A program made the position numbers and the translations under genes. Below the pieces are notes generated by a model that saw only the letters and a list, made by a program, of their open reading frames with translations, was not told the origin of the DNA and ran no database searches. This document shows, piece by piece, positions 11,695-24,374 of a stretch of DNA of 64,000 bases (position 1 is the first letter of the stretch; every line of letters begins with the position of its first letter). The stretch is from Chiloscyllium plagiosum (taxonomy: Eukaryota), in NCBI RefSeq assembly GCF_004010195.1, contig NC_057749.1, positions 24,760,979 through 24,824,978 of the forward strand. The letters are read 5' to 3'.

Positions 11695-12760
11695 TACTGT
11701 GTGCAGTTTGTGTATCTGTGTCTGAGCAAGGATGTTCTGACTGTGTAGGGAGTGCAACAATGGTTTCCCAGATTGATTACTAGGATGGCAAGACTGACAT
11801 ATGAAGAAAGACTGGTTCAGTTAGGATTACATGGGGTGGCTCAGTTTTTAGCACTGCTGCCTCACAGCATCAGGTACCTGGGTTCGAGTCCACCCTTTGG
11901 TGCCTGTCAGGGTGGAGTTTGTACGTTTTCCCCGTGTCTGCATGGGTTTCCTCCGGGTGCTCCCGTTTCCTCCAACAGTCCAAAGATGTGCAGGTCAGAT
12001 GGATTGGCCAGGTTAAATTGCCCACAGTGTCCATAAATGTGCAGGCTGGGCAAATTAGCCATGGGAAATGCAGGGCTATACGAATGGGAGGGTGGATCTG
12101 GGTGGGTTGCTCTTCAGAGGCTCAGAATGGACTCAATGGGCTGAGTGGTCTACTTCCATACTGTAGGGGATTCTATGTGCCGGTTAGGTGGATTGGCCAT
12201 GGGAAATACAGGGTTAGGGTAGAGGGGGAGGGTCTGGGTGGGATGCTCTTCGAAGGGTCAGTATGGATTTGATGGGCTGAATGGCCTCTAATTGGACTGT
12301 AGGGATTATATATTCACTGAAGTTTAGGAAAAATGAGGGGGAGGGAAGTATCATTGAAACCTTTAAGATCCCAGCAGGAGTATCCTTGGGAAATGCAAGA
12401 AGGATATTCCTGATAACTAGGGAGTCCAGAACCTAAGGATCTGGTATAGTCCATTTTGGACTGAAATGAGGAGAAATGTCTTCACCCAGAGCCTGTGGAA
12501 TTCTCTGGCACAGAAAGTGGTCGAGGCCAAAACACTAAATGTTTTAAAGAAGGAGTTAGAACAAAAGGGATCAAAGGGGATGTGGAGAGCATGGGAACGG
12601 GGCACTGAGCATGGGAACGGGGCACTGAGCATGGGAACGGGGCACTGAGCATGGAACGGGGCACTGAGCATGGGAACGGGGCACGTCACTCATGAACGTA
12701 CTAAATGGCGTGGCAGGCTTGAAGGGCCGAATGGCCTACTCCTGCTCCTATTTTCTTCGT
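11695..12760 (+). mobile_element. Older CR1 3' fragment interrupted by HE1 SINE(s) at ~11833-12310 and a minisatellite
   Basis: TYEERLVQLG...MRRNVFTQSLWNSL motifs flank the SINE sequence. Confidence 0.75.
12587..12684. repeat. 20-bp minisatellite (GAGCATGGGAACGGGGCACT) x~5
   Basis: Direct tandem copies inside a CR1 tail. Confidence 0.95.
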
Positions 12761-13409
12761 TTCAGTGTAAATCGTGTGAGGAATTTCCAGGAATACAGTT
12801 AATCCCTTATGGCAGCCCACCTTACGATCGAGCCAACTCCATGTGCTGTCGGCAGGAGCTCAGGATACACATACTACAGAGTCAAGCTCTAAATGGACTC
12901 AGTGTGAGTGAGGTAGGAACAGGAGCTTCGGATTATAAAGGTTGTAACTGGGTAAACATCCAAGGACTAAATCGGGAAGTTGAATGGGAATCAATTCTCC
13001 ACCCTCGAAGGACCACATTGTTGCTTGGAAATTTCAAGCTGAGACTGGATTCTGGATCCCTGAATGAATCCCAGGAGTTTTTAATATTCTCACTGAGCTG
13101 GTCTACACTTGTTGACTTGTTAGAATGTTATTTTTGATCCTGTGCACTGATATAAGTCACTTCTTTTTTTTTTCCACTGTGGTCCTTTGGGAGATTTGTC
13201 AGGCTTCTGAATCCCAGTCATCGGAAGTGTGGGAACGTTTGTAAAGAGGAGCGCTTCTCTGAAGTTGTGGAAGTGTTTAGAGGACCTCTCCTGGTATTTG
13301 CCAATATTTTCAGGAGGACCTTGCTAAGCTGGGTCAGGGAAAGGGATAAAAGTCGCTTTAGTCTGACCAGATCATCCAGAGAGAGCTGACTGGTGGTGGG
13401 TTAATCGGT

Positions 13410-13660
13410 CACCGTGTCTGTGTGGGTTTCCTCCGCATGCTCCGGTTTCCTCGCACAATCCAAAGATGTGCAGGTCAGGGTGAATTGGCCGTCCTAAATT
13501 GCCCCATAGCGTTCAGGGATGTGTAGGTTAGGTGCATTAGTCAGGGGTAAACATAGAATAATAGGGTAGGGGAATGGTTCTGGTTGGGGTGGTATTCAGA
13601 GGGTCAGTATGGACCTGGTGGGCCAAAGGGCCTGTTTCCACACTGTCGGGATTCTAATAA
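13410..13660 (+). mobile_element. HE1-type SINE, 5' truncated
   Basis: V-domain and tail. Confidence 0.85.
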
Positions 13661-13927
13661 TATGTAAAACCAGGTGAGGCGAGAGATTGAGAAGATGGAC
13701 CTTCATGGTAACCTCAGTTGGTGTGCAGGAATTAAACCCACGCTGTTGGCATCACTCTGCATCGCAAACCCGCCTTCCAAGCTACCCAAACCCCTTAAAA
13801 GGGGTAACAGTCAAGGGGTTTGTCAATACTTGGATTGGAGTCATTTGTGTTGTCAGAAAAGGGAGTGAGGTCTCTGGGAGTATCCCAGTATTCTCTCGAG
13901 GGTTCCTGAGAGCAAATCAATAATTGC

Positions 13928-14056
13928 ATTCCTGATGAAGGGATTATCCGCGAAACATCGACTCTCCTGCTCCTCGGATGCTGCCTGACTGGCTGTGCTT
14001 TTCCAGCGCCACACTCTCGACTCTGATCTCCAACATCTGCAGTCCTCACTTTCTCC
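13928..14056 (+). mobile_element. Penelope-like terminus (family A) starting at the hammerhead
   Basis: ATTCCTGATGAAGGG...CGAAAC through CCTCACTTTCTCC. Confidence 0.82.
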
Positions 14057-14735
14057 TTTGCAAGGGATGTGCCAGTTTGTTCCAGGGTTCCATGGAACAT
14101 GTCAATACTGTTAGGGGGTTGGAAGTTGGATTTGGGGAAATGCCAACATTTGGGACAAACTTTGACTCTCACTGTCATAGAGCTGCTTTTCCTGTAAATT
14201 GAACCAATTGAGAATTCCTTTCTCAAAGACTCCCTCATGTAGGAACATGACACGCCATGTTAACACTCTTGTGCTCCTTCCAGTGATAACTGTTGTACAG
14301 CAGACTTCAGTCATGGGCTCTCCAAAATGCTTGATACAGAACTGCAGTCCCTGCTTGGAATATAGGTCCCAGTGGGGGAGGGGCATAGCTGCCACCATGT
14401 GGCACCTGAGGCCTTCATTAGTAACTCTGCCAACCATGGGCCTCACCCATTAACTGATTGGCGGAGAAGCCTCAAGGTCTGGCTTAAGATTTTGGTTCAT
14501 GGCTGGATGAGGTTATTACTCACCTCCCCCTGTCCAAAGATGGCCATTTTTCTGTAAGAAGACCATTTTTATATTTATTCCTCATGATCTTAGTCTGTGG
14601 ACTCAGGTACCTTCCAGTACGGCCATTTGTCTGCTTGGCTTCTGTTAATTCAGGTCTCGATGCATAGGAGAAGTTTGGGGGGTGATTCTGCCTTTAAAGT
14701 AAGCTTTCCCCACCCTTGACTTGATCGCATCATGT

Positions 14736-14965
14736 CTGGAAATGTGTTGCTGGAAAAGCGCAGCAGGTCAGGCAGCATCCAGGGAACAGGAGAATCGACG
14801 TTTCGGGCATAAGCCCTTAAGCCCTTCCTGAAGAAGGGCTTATGAAGGGCTTATGCCCGAAACGTCGATTCTCCTGTTCCCTGGATGCTGCCTGACCTGC
14901 TGCGCTTTTCCAGCAACACATTTCCAGCTCTGATCTCCAGCATCTGCAGACCTCACTTTCTCCTC
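14736..14965. mobile_element. Penelope-like fold-back insertion (family A)
   Basis: Near-perfect inverted arms; TSD CTTGATCGCATCATGT at 14720-14735 and 14966-14981. Confidence 0.9.
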
Positions 14966-15207
14966 CTTGATCGCATCATGTGTCATGGTCTGTGCTCTGG
15001 GCAACTGAATTCTCCATCCACGTAGACCATCCTAAAAATATTCCAGGGGAAAGCAGTGACTGGGGAAACAGGGTCCTGGTCCCATTTTGGCCTTGCCAAT
15101 GGAGGTCATGGATTATAGGCTCCCCAATGTTTCCTCTTTGGAGATGGGCCTCAGTCCCTTGGTGGGATCCCGTGGACGCGCCAGCCAACAGAACAAAGCA
15201 AACAACT

Positions 15208-15818
15208 TGGACGATGTTTTGTCACTTTGAAAAGGTTACATTGTCCTGGGTGTTTTTTTTGAAGAGAGGTTGTAAAGGCATAGGTGTCAAAATGGCTGCG
15301 AAAGTCGGCCTAAGTCAACAATCAGAGGAGGCCTTCAGGTTATTTTCAAAGCGTTATACTATGGAAGGGGAGTGGCTAGTGCTCCCAGTTCAGGTTTTCT
15401 AGTTTTTTTTTAGTTGGAGCAGGGCATTGGAGTCCAGAAGGGTTGAAAGCTTCAGTCAATGATTTCTGACTGACTTTGATGTTCTCTCCTGCCTGTAAGA
15501 ATCTGTGTTTGAATTTACCTTTTTGCTAAGGGGTGTGTTTATGGGATGTTACTGTATTGAAACGGTTCACTAGTTAAATTATTGTATAAGGTCGGTTAAG
15601 TTTTCCAATAGTTAAGTTATTCTAAATTCCGCTTTCACTTGTTCGTGTGTTAGTTGTAGTGTTTAAATAAAGTCTGTTTTGCTTAAAGACGAGTGGTTTG
15701 TCCAGCTGCATCTCACCTTGAACACCCATTTCATGTCTGCCTTTAAAATAAGAAAATCTTAGGGTGCGGGCTACCTTCTTAAAATATTTTGCGGGGGGTC
15801 TGGTCCGGACCATAACAC
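15208..15818 (+). mobile_element. Solo LTR-like element
   Basis: Ends CCATAACA like the solo LTR at 27562-28204; AATAAA near 15667; 5' end uncertain. Confidence 0.55.
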
Positions 15819-16083
15819 AGTGTGCTTCGAAAAGAGCAACCACTCTTTGAGCGTTCCTGTGCTCTAACTGACCATGTCTACCCAGAAGCACTTCTTTCGA
15901 AATACAGAGGGGAGATCCAAGATGGCGGCGACCCAGCAAGTCTGAGTCTATAGTGCTCCTCCCAAGACTTGGGCAAAGTGGGCCACCCGCCTCCACCATA
16001 CTTACCAAATCATTTAAAATAGTTTTTACTTAATGTAATTAGTTGCTCTGTACTAAATTTAAACAGTCTAGTCTCCTGCAAAA

Positions 16084-16884
16084 ATGACTAAAGGGAAAGG
16101 TGCCCGCAGCTCTCAGCAGGCAGGAGCCCCTCCCCCACCCTCCCCAGCTGCAGCTGAGGCGTCCGCAGCCGCCCCGGGGGACTTACCTAAGGTGGCGAGC
16201 CTCGTGGAAATAATCTCCAAACTTGACGCGAAGAGTCCTGGAGCCGATGGAATTCACTCTCGGTCGCGCTACAAAAGCACGACCGAGACATTGAGGAAAT
16301 CGATGTGATGAATCGGAGGGGTGGAGCTAAAGGCTGCGACCTCTGAGACTATAGCAGAATCGGCCGTGGGTCGGGTCTGGACTCTCGAACAGCGAGTCCA
16401 GACCTTAGAAAATATTTGTTTGCTGGGCCTTCCCAAATGGGAAAAGGAAGGCCAGCTTACAACGTTCCTCGAGCAGTGGCTTCCACAGCTGTTAAATCTG
16501 GAGGCTGGATCAGGCCAGGTAAGGGTGGAATGGGCCTACCGGGTTGAAATACGTGGGCCCGGCTCGAACCAGCGGCCATGCCTGGTCCTGTTCTGGCTGC
16601 AGAGCTACAAGGAGAGGCAGATGCTCTTAGAAGCTTCCAGAAATCTTGGGAAAGATCCCCAAACCATGATGTATAAAGGATCCAAGATTATGCTATTCCA
16701 GGACTTTTCCCCAGCTTTGGTCCGAAAGAGGAAGGCATTTGGTGAAGCAAAGAAGCGTTTAAGGGACTTAAACATCCAGTACTCCCTGCGCTACCCAGCG
16801 ATGCTACGTTTTAGCCATGAAGGGTCCGTGTACAACTTCAGATCGCCGGAAAAGGCCAAGGAATTTCTGGACTCTCTTAGATAA
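16084..16884 (+). pseudogene. L1 ORF1p (RNA-binding), frameshifted
   Basis: NICLLGLPK...VEWAYRV...KIMLFQDFSPALVRKRKAF...YSLRYPAML, typical of the L1 ORF1 RRM/CTD; split between ORFs 16084 and 16321. Confidence 0.9.
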
Positions 16885-17051
16885 ATTGTAAGAGTTAATT
16901 CGAGTGGTGAATGATGTTGTTCTGTCCTCCCCCCACCCCGGTTTACCCCCTTTTATTTTCTTTCATTACCTTACTGTTTAATATTATCTCTGGGGGGTGG
17001 GGAGAGGGGTTTATTTATTTGTTCTTCACTTAGCAATTTTCGTCCCTTTTT

Positions 17052-17054
17052 TTA

Positions 17055-17088
<34 letters not shown>
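17052..17088. repeat. (TA)n microsatellite in the L1 inter-ORF spacer
   Basis: Direct TA run. Confidence 0.95.
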
Positions 17089-17089
<1 letters not shown>

Positions 17090-17990
17090 GCCGGGTGGGT
17101 CTAGTTAATGTCTTTAAGAGTGGGGCTGGAATCCTGGAACTCCCTCCCCCAGGGCATTGTGGGCCTAACCCACAGCACACACGGACTGCAGCGGTTCAAG
17201 ATGGCGGCTCACCCTCACCTTCTCAAGGTGGTGTGGGGGGGGGGGGGGGGGTGAGGGGGGGGGGTAGGGTACTCACTGTTAACTCTAGCTTTGTAGTATA
17301 TTTGAATATTCTTTATTCTATCGTGGGGTGCCTGGGTCAAGGGTGGGGCACTGGTTGGGAGAGGATATGATGGGCTTTTGGAAAGGAAGTGATGCACCCT
17401 GGGAACAAGGAGGAAATTCTCTGTTTAAATATGTTTCATATTTTTTCTATTTAGAAATAGTTTTTTATTATATTGATGTGAGTGTATTAAAGAACCTCTA
17501 TTTTTGTGAATTTTATATGCTCTATGCTCGGGCTGTTTTGGATAGGGTTTCCCCTCCCGAGAGGTCTCGGAATTGCCTGGACGATTATGGTTAATCAGTC
17601 GATTAAATGGTGCACCTGGAATGTCAAGGGGAGTAATTCACCAATCAAAGTGAAGAAAATATTATCAAACCTCAAGAAAGAAAGGGTTGATATAGCTCTC
17701 TTACGGAGACTCATTTATTGGATAAAGAACACTTGAAATTACGACAAGGTGGATTTGATCAGGCATTCTTTTCTTCCTTCAGCTCAAAAAGTAGGGGAGT
17801 TGTTATTCTTATTCGGAAGAATCTCCCTTTCAAAATCCTAAATCAGATAAAAGACGAATCGGGACAATATATTCTGATTAAAGCCCTTATAAATGGAGAG
17901 GAATATGGGATCTTAAATCTGTATTGTCCCGCTGTACATCCTTTTAAATTTATAGCAGAAGCCTTCTCCAAATTGATTGCTCTCGGTGCT

Positions 17991-18176
17991 TGCTCATCAA
18001 CTAGGAGGAAGTGAGGACTGCAGATCCTGGAGATCAGAGCTGAAAAGCACAGCAGGTCAGGCAGCATCCAAGGAGCATGGCTCCTGAAGAAGGGCTTATG
18101 CCCGAAATGTCGATTCTCCTGCTCCTTGGATGCTGCCTGACCTGCTGCGCTTTTCCAGCAACACATTTTTCAGCTC
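17991..18176. mobile_element. Penelope-like fold-back insertion in the L1 endonuclease domain
   Basis: TSD TGCTCT(C/T)GGTGCT at 17978-17990 and 18177-18189. Confidence 0.88.
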
Positions 18177-19163
18177 TGCTCTTGGTGCTCGTCATACAAT
18201 TATAGGGGGAGATTTTAATTTTATTATAGACACGGAAATAGATAGGATTCCCAAAAGTACTGCAGGAGTATCCACCAGATCCAGACAATTGATGGATTTG
18301 AACAAAGAATTAGGACTAGTAGATGTGCGGAGATGCCTTCATCCACAGGGCAGAGATTTTTCCTTTTACTCCAATCCACATAAATGTCATACCAGAATAA
18401 ATATGTTTTTTGCCCCCTTGATTTTTAAAAATTCCATATCATCCTGTAAAATAGGCAGTATAACAATTTCCGATCACGCTGCTGTATACATGGAAATCAA
18501 GGCGAGGAACAATGAGACATCCCCCCGGCATTGGTATATGGACCCCTTCCTGATGAAAGATAGTAAATTTGTAAAGTACTTCTCTCAAGAATTTAAAACT
18601 TTTTTAGAAATTAATTCAGGTACGGCTAGCAACCCATCAATGATGTGGGAGACCATCAAAGGTTACGCGCAAGGTTTGATCATCTCATACTCGGCGACCC
18701 AGAAAAAATTAAAGGGAGAACAACAGCGTCTGCTCGAAGCTCGCTTAAAAGCAGCTGAAACAGCATACGCTGACAGACTTTCCATTATCAAATTACAAAG
18801 GATTACGGTCCTTAGGACAGCTCTGAACACCACGTTTACCCAAAAGGCTAAGAGGGAAATATTATTTGCAAACCAAAGGTTATATGAATTTGGCGACAAA
18901 CCTGGTAGATACTTAGCATTTCTTGCAAAGAATAAAAAGACCCCTCAAACTATCACGCCTATCAAGGAAAGTGCAGGTACTCTGATTCATGATCATAAAA
19001 GGATTAACGCAATCTTTAGAAAATTTTATCTGATTTATATAAATCGCAGGCTTGTGAAGACAGGACTAGGAGGATGCAGTCATTTTTTAAAAACCTGACC
19101 TTTCCGGACCTAACTCCGGAACAGATATCGGTCCTGAATGTTCCCCTAACAATCCAAGAAATA

Positions 19164-19677
19164 AGACAACAACTCACCAAAATGAAGAACCCGATACCCA
19201 GCATGAGCAAAACTAACGTAGTGTACAAAATCCCATGCAAGGACTGCACAAAACACTATATAGGACAAACAGGAAGACAGCTAACGATCCGCATCCACGA
19301 ACATCAACTAGCCACGAAACGACACGACCAGCTATCCCTAGTAGCCACACACGCAGACGACAAGCAACATGAATTTGACTGGGACAACACTACCATTATA
19401 GGGCAAGCCAAACAAAGAACAGCCAGGGAATTCCTAGAAGCATGGCACTCATCCACAAACTCCATCAACAAACACATCGACCTGGACCCAATATACCGGC
19501 CACTACAGCGGACAGCTGAAACTGACAACCGGAAGCGGCAGGGACAGGCCACTATAAATGCCGGAGGAAACACCCCAGAAGCGCTTCACAGGAGGCTCCC
19601 AAGCACTGAGGATGTCACCTAGACAGGGGACGAAACGTTTGCAATAAAAACTTCCAGCTCGGCGAACAGAACCACAG
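19164..19677 (+). mobile_element. 5'-truncated Penelope-like element (family C) with open GIY-YIG domain
   Basis: NVVYKIPCKDCTKHYIGQTGRQLTIRIHEH...EFLEAW...IN; TSD CAATCCAAGAAATA at 19150-19163 and 19678-19691. Confidence 0.92.
19603..19642 (+). ncRNA. Minimal type I hammerhead ribozyme motif (family C)
   Basis: GCA-CTGAGGA-T-GTC.CCT/AGG.GAC-GAAAC-GTT-TGC; helix I GCA/TGC. Confidence 0.75.
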
Positions 19678-22481
19678 CAATCCAAGAAATACTTGATGCA
19701 ATCAGGCAACTTCAGAGCGGTAAGGCCCCTGGCCCGGATGGCTTTCAAGCTGAATTCGATAAAGAATTTACAGGAATATCGGCTGGTCCACGTATGGACA
19801 TGTATAACTACTCATACAGTCAGGGCTGTCTCCCGCCTTCACTGAAAGAGGCAAATATCTCCCTGATTCTCAAAAAAGAAAAAGACCCAGAAGATTGTGC
19901 ATCATAGAGAGCAATATCCTTGCTAAACATAGATTTTAAAATCCTTTCTCAAACGTTAGCATTGAGACTAGAAAGGATTTTGCCATATATCATAAAGGAG
20001 GATCAGACGGGGTTTATTAAGGGCCGTAGATCATCCAATAATGTCAGAAGGGTTTTGAATGTGATTCAAGCCTGCCATCAGAGAAAGATACCGGGAGTGT
20101 AGTCTCATTCGACGCGGAAAAGGCATTCGACAGGGTTGAATGGTCATATCAGTTTTACACATTGGAAAAGTTTGGCATTGGAAAGGTGTTTGCCAAATGG
20201 GTCTCAACACTGTGTAATGATCCCAAAGCAGTTGTGATTACCGATGAACTAGGCTCGGATAGCTTCAGTGTGGATAGGGGCTGCTGTCAGGGATGTCCTC
20301 TCTCAACATTGCTATTTATGCCAATAATTGAGCCACTAGCGGAAGCTATACGGCTGACTCTAATATAACGGCCCCGAGGATTGGTACAGGTAAACATAAA
20401 ATGACCCTATATGCAGATGATGTTCTCCTATTCCTCAGTAATCCTTTGATGTCCATGCCTCGCTTAATCCAAGTTATTAATACATTTAGTGTATTTTCAG
20501 GCTATAAAATTAATTTCTCAAAATCGGAGGCTATGCCAACGGGTGGCCTTGCTATGACACCCCACTTAGTGGACGGATCCCACTTTCCCTTTCGTTGGTC
20601 CCTGGAGGACTTCTTATATTTCGGCATTTTTATTGACCCAGTATTTGGTCAGTTATACAAGGCTAACTGTGTGCATTTACTGGAGAGGATAAGGCAGGAC
20701 CTCCAGCGATGGGGAGACCTTCCAATTTCCTGGCTGGATAGAATAGCACTAATTAAAATGAATGTCCTGCCCCGTCTCCTATACCCTATGAGAATGCTTC
20801 CGGTGATGCTGCCGAGGCTGGCACTACGTAAATTATATGGCTGGTTGGGTTCCTTTATCTGGAATCATAGACGGCCCCTCATTAAGCTGAGGAAGCTACT
20901 GCTTCCACAGACAAGGGGAGGATTGGACTTCCCAGATTTTAGGAAATATCAGTTAAGTTCCCTATTAAGTTACATAGCTGATTGGGTCTTGTCTGATCCA
21001 CAATCAATCTGGCTGGACATCGAGACTTCTCAAGCAAAATGCCCACTTATTAACGTCTTATTTTCAGACAAGAGGAAAATCATTACGGACCACTGTAAAA
21101 ACCCTATAATACTAAATACAATTAAAGCTTGGAATATAGTGCGGCAAAATGAGGGCAATTCACATAAAACATCCCCCTATACTCCGACAGTGGGGGCATG
21201 GGGGTTTCAACCGAGGTTTACAAATGCCACATTCAAACTCTGGAGATCCAGGGGTATCTCCTGTTTAGGGAATCTGTTTAAGGAAGGGGTCCTGATGTCT
21301 TTTGAACAGCTGCATCAGAAATTTGGATTATCTAATGGTGCTCTCTTTCGATACTTCCAAATTCGAGATTACATACAAAAGATTTATAAATAGTCTTTAT
21401 AAATCAGACAGAGATATAGAGTGCTATGGCCAATGGGGGTATCTTCGGTCAGCACTCTTTATCATTTATTACATGATGAAGTATCGGGAGATATGGACAA
21501 TCTGCTTAAAACATGGGATCAGGATGTGGGTCTGGAAATCTCTATAGAAATGTGGAATGACCTTTGGGAAAATGCCAGAAAAATCTCCATCTGTAACAGA
21601 ACTCAGGCCATTCAGTTGAAGATACTTCACAGGGCCCATATAGCTCCGGACTGATTGGCAAAATTTAAGGCAGGAGCATCTCCAATGTGTCCCAAATGTA
21701 AAACAGATGTGGGCACTCTTGTACACTGCTTATAGACTTGTCATAAGATCCGTAAATATTGGACTAAAGTAGCAAATGCCCTGTCAGAAATCTTGGGAAC
21801 GGAAATTAGAGAGGATCTAGTATATCTCCTTTTGGGCTTTTCGAGCTTGTCCCTGGATGTGCACGGGAAGGGATTATTTTCCATTCTTTCTTTCTGTGCA
21901 AGGAAAAATATTTCGGTAAACTGGATGGCTGAAGGCCCTCCTGGACTTTCGATTTGGCCCAGAATAATCATGGAATATATTCCCCTTGACTTCTTTACAA
22001 ACATGGTGCACCAAAAAAAACGAATTGTTCTATAAAATATGGCAGCTCTTCTTGAATTACACAGATACAGATATTTCGGCCATTCTATCAAAGGCTTTTA
22101 TCTAATTGAGACAACGAACCTGGCTGGTCCAGGGCCCATTGGGAGAGGAAACCTGCACGAATACGGGTTTTGTTATGATCTGATGTTAACACATTCCGAG
22201 TATGTACTTTACTACTCAATTTCTGTGTTACCCGTCATTTTTTCTTTTCTTGAGTAATGTAAGGGATTTAATCATACACTCTGGTTAGTTGTAGGTTAGA
22301 TTAGTAGTTAGTTGAGTTTTGTCTTTTTTTCTCTCGGTATCTCCTTTGTTTGATAGACCTTGGCTATTATTTATTTAAGATTTAATTGTATATCAATGTT
22401 TATACTTGAGGTTCTTTTTATTTGTAAACTTGTAAAAACATGTTAAATTTTCAATAAAAAATCTATAAAAAGAAAGAAATA

Positions 22482-22648
22482 CAGAAATCCATTATCTGAA
22501 GGACATAGACGGGGAATATTTCATTTGGTTAATCGAATGCTGGATAATTGATGCCGGATAACATAGTTAGCCAAGCATCAGGACCTTGCAATCTTGTTGG
22601 ATAATCCAAAATTCAGTTATTCGAATGCCAGATAATCGACATTCTCTG
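22482..22648. mobile_element. Short pogo/Tigger-like MITE
   Basis: TA-flanked; imperfect TIRs CAGAAATCCATTATC and GATAATCGACATTCTCTG. Confidence 0.6.
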
Positions 22649-23104
22649 TACTTCGGAATGCACCCACTTTGGGAACGAGGCTGCCAACGTGTCCCTCTGC
22701 CAGGATTGTCCTGGATTCCCTGGCCAACTTTTGAGGAAAATTTGGCCGACTTTTCCATTTCCTGTTTCATATTGTCATTTGTGGATTATCAAAGATGCAG
22801 ACTAAGACTGGGGAAAGTGAGAGGCCGTGCATCAGCATCTCCTGGGAGAAGATTAGCCACAGTTCGTAACCCCTGTTGTCCCCGTGCGTCAGCTCCAGCC
22901 TCTATCCATGTCAGTACCTTGGCACATGTCTCGATCCTAGAACCATTTTGGCCTGGATTGTGGGACTGACATTGTCTCGTTTCCCAGGCCACCTTGCTCT
23001 TTCCCCCAGCTCTTGTTTTTAATAGCAAGAAGTGTCTGCAAGTACTGCACAGAGTGAAGATTTCTGAGCGTAAACGGTCATATGGGAAAGTATTTTTTAA
23101 AATC

Positions 23105-23318
23105 AACTAGGAAAAAGTGAGGACTGCAGATGCTGGAGATCAGAGCTGAAAAATGTGTTGCTGGAAAAGCACAGCAGGTAAGGCAGCATCCAAGGAGCAG
23201 GAGAAACGACATTTCGGGCACAAGCCTGAAGAAGGGCTTATGCCCAAAACGTTGATTCTCCTGCTCCTTGGATGCTGCCTGAGCTGCTTCGCTTTTCCAG
23301 CAACACATTTTTCAGCTT
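23105..23318. mobile_element. Penelope-like fold-back insertion (family A)
   Basis: TSD AAGTATTTTTTAAA(A)TC at 23088-23104 and 23319-23334. Confidence 0.88.
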
Positions 23319-23348
23319 AAGTATTTTTTAAATCCAGTCATGGGATTG

Positions 23349-23686
23349 GCCGGTACGGTGGCTCAGTGGTTAGCTCTGCTACCTCACAGCGCCAGGGACC
23401 TGGGTTCGATTCCAGCCTTGGGTGACTGTCTGTGTGGAGTTTGCACATTCTCCCCGTGTCTGCGTGAGTTTCCTCTGGGTGCTCTGGTTTCTTCCCACAG
23501 TCCAAAGATGTGCAGGTGAATTGGCCATACTAAATTGCCCACAATAATCAGGGATGTGGAGTTTAGGTGCATTAGTCAGGGGTAAATATAGGGAAGGGCG
23601 AATGGGTCTGGGTGGGATATTCTTCAGAGGGTCGGTGTGGACTTGTTGGGCCAAAGGGCCTGTTTCCGCACTGTAGGGATTCTATC
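23349..23686 (+). mobile_element. HE1-type SINE
   Basis: Full head, V-domain and tail. Confidence 0.9.
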
Positions 23687-23795
23687 TCAAAATTTCTATT
23701 GGCCTTTGATGGACACCCCTCTGATTCTGCAGTTAAAGGTTATCACAGGCCCCCAGGACTGATTCACTCATGAAATATGGTCTCCTGGTAAAGTC

Positions 23796-23981
23796 AACTA
23801 GGAGACAGTGAGGTCTGCAGACGCTGGAGATCAGAGTTGAAAGTGTGTTGCTGGAAAAACACAGCAGGTCAGACAGCATTCGAGGAACAGGAGCCTGATG
23901 AAGGGCTTTTGCCTGAAACGTTGATTCTCCTGCTCCTCGATGCTGCCTGACCTGCTGTGCTTTTCTAGCAACACACTCTCA
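23796..23981. mobile_element. Penelope-like fold-back insertion (family A)
   Basis: TSD CCTGGTAAA(G/A)TC at 23784-23795 and 23982-23993. Confidence 0.85.
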
Positions 23982-24374
23982 CCTGGTAAAATCCCTACCA
24001 CACCCTCACACTGGGGATATCCATGGTTTAGCACTAAATATAGACATTTCAGGCCAGTTGATTCCAACATTGGCTTCACAGTTCAGTCTGATTTCCTTCC
24101 TTCCTGCTCCTTCAGCAGCATCCTCTACTTTCGTCAGGACCTTGTTAACTTACCTCAGTCCCCAGGCTTCCTGGGAATTGCTACATTCCCCACCCCCCCC
24201 CCGCCCCCCCCACCACACACACACACACACACACACACAAATGAGCAAACTCTTCTCTCCCTCCTCTTAGGTAACGGAACCAATGTCTCCTCCCTTACCT
24301 CACTGCCAATTGTGTCATATTAACAATAATAATCCTGCTACTCAGTGATTGAGTAATTCTGTCTATTAGTTTAT

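Larger units (their letters stand above)
17587..22060 (+). pseudogene. L1 ORF2p (APE endonuclease, RT, CCHC finger), disrupted
   Basis: TWNVKG, IIGGDFN, ISDHAAV, KAPGPDGF, QGCPLS, LYADDV, CPKC..H; several frameshifts and stops plus two nested insertions. Confidence 0.93.
15909..22475 (+). mobile_element. Full-length, inactivated L1-clade LINE
   Basis: TSD GAAATACAGA at 15899-15908 and 22476-22485; G-run start with YY1-type CAAGATGGCGGC; ORF1, ORF2 (APE, RT, CCHC); AATAAA at 22453 and A-rich tail. Confidence 0.95.

Noticed and set aside
14060..15200. Possible minus-strand retroviral/Gypsy integrase remnant (SHQGTEAHLQR; PIFQAGTAVL)
   Set aside because: Motifs too weak and fragmented to support without a profile search
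17197..17208. Second CAAGATGGCGGC (YY1-like) motif in the L1 inter-ORF spacer, suggesting an internal ORF2 promoter
   Set aside because: It lies in a ~100-bp stretch (17127-17228) resembling the 3' end of another LINE family, also seen reversed near 39130-39200, so the match is probably coincidental
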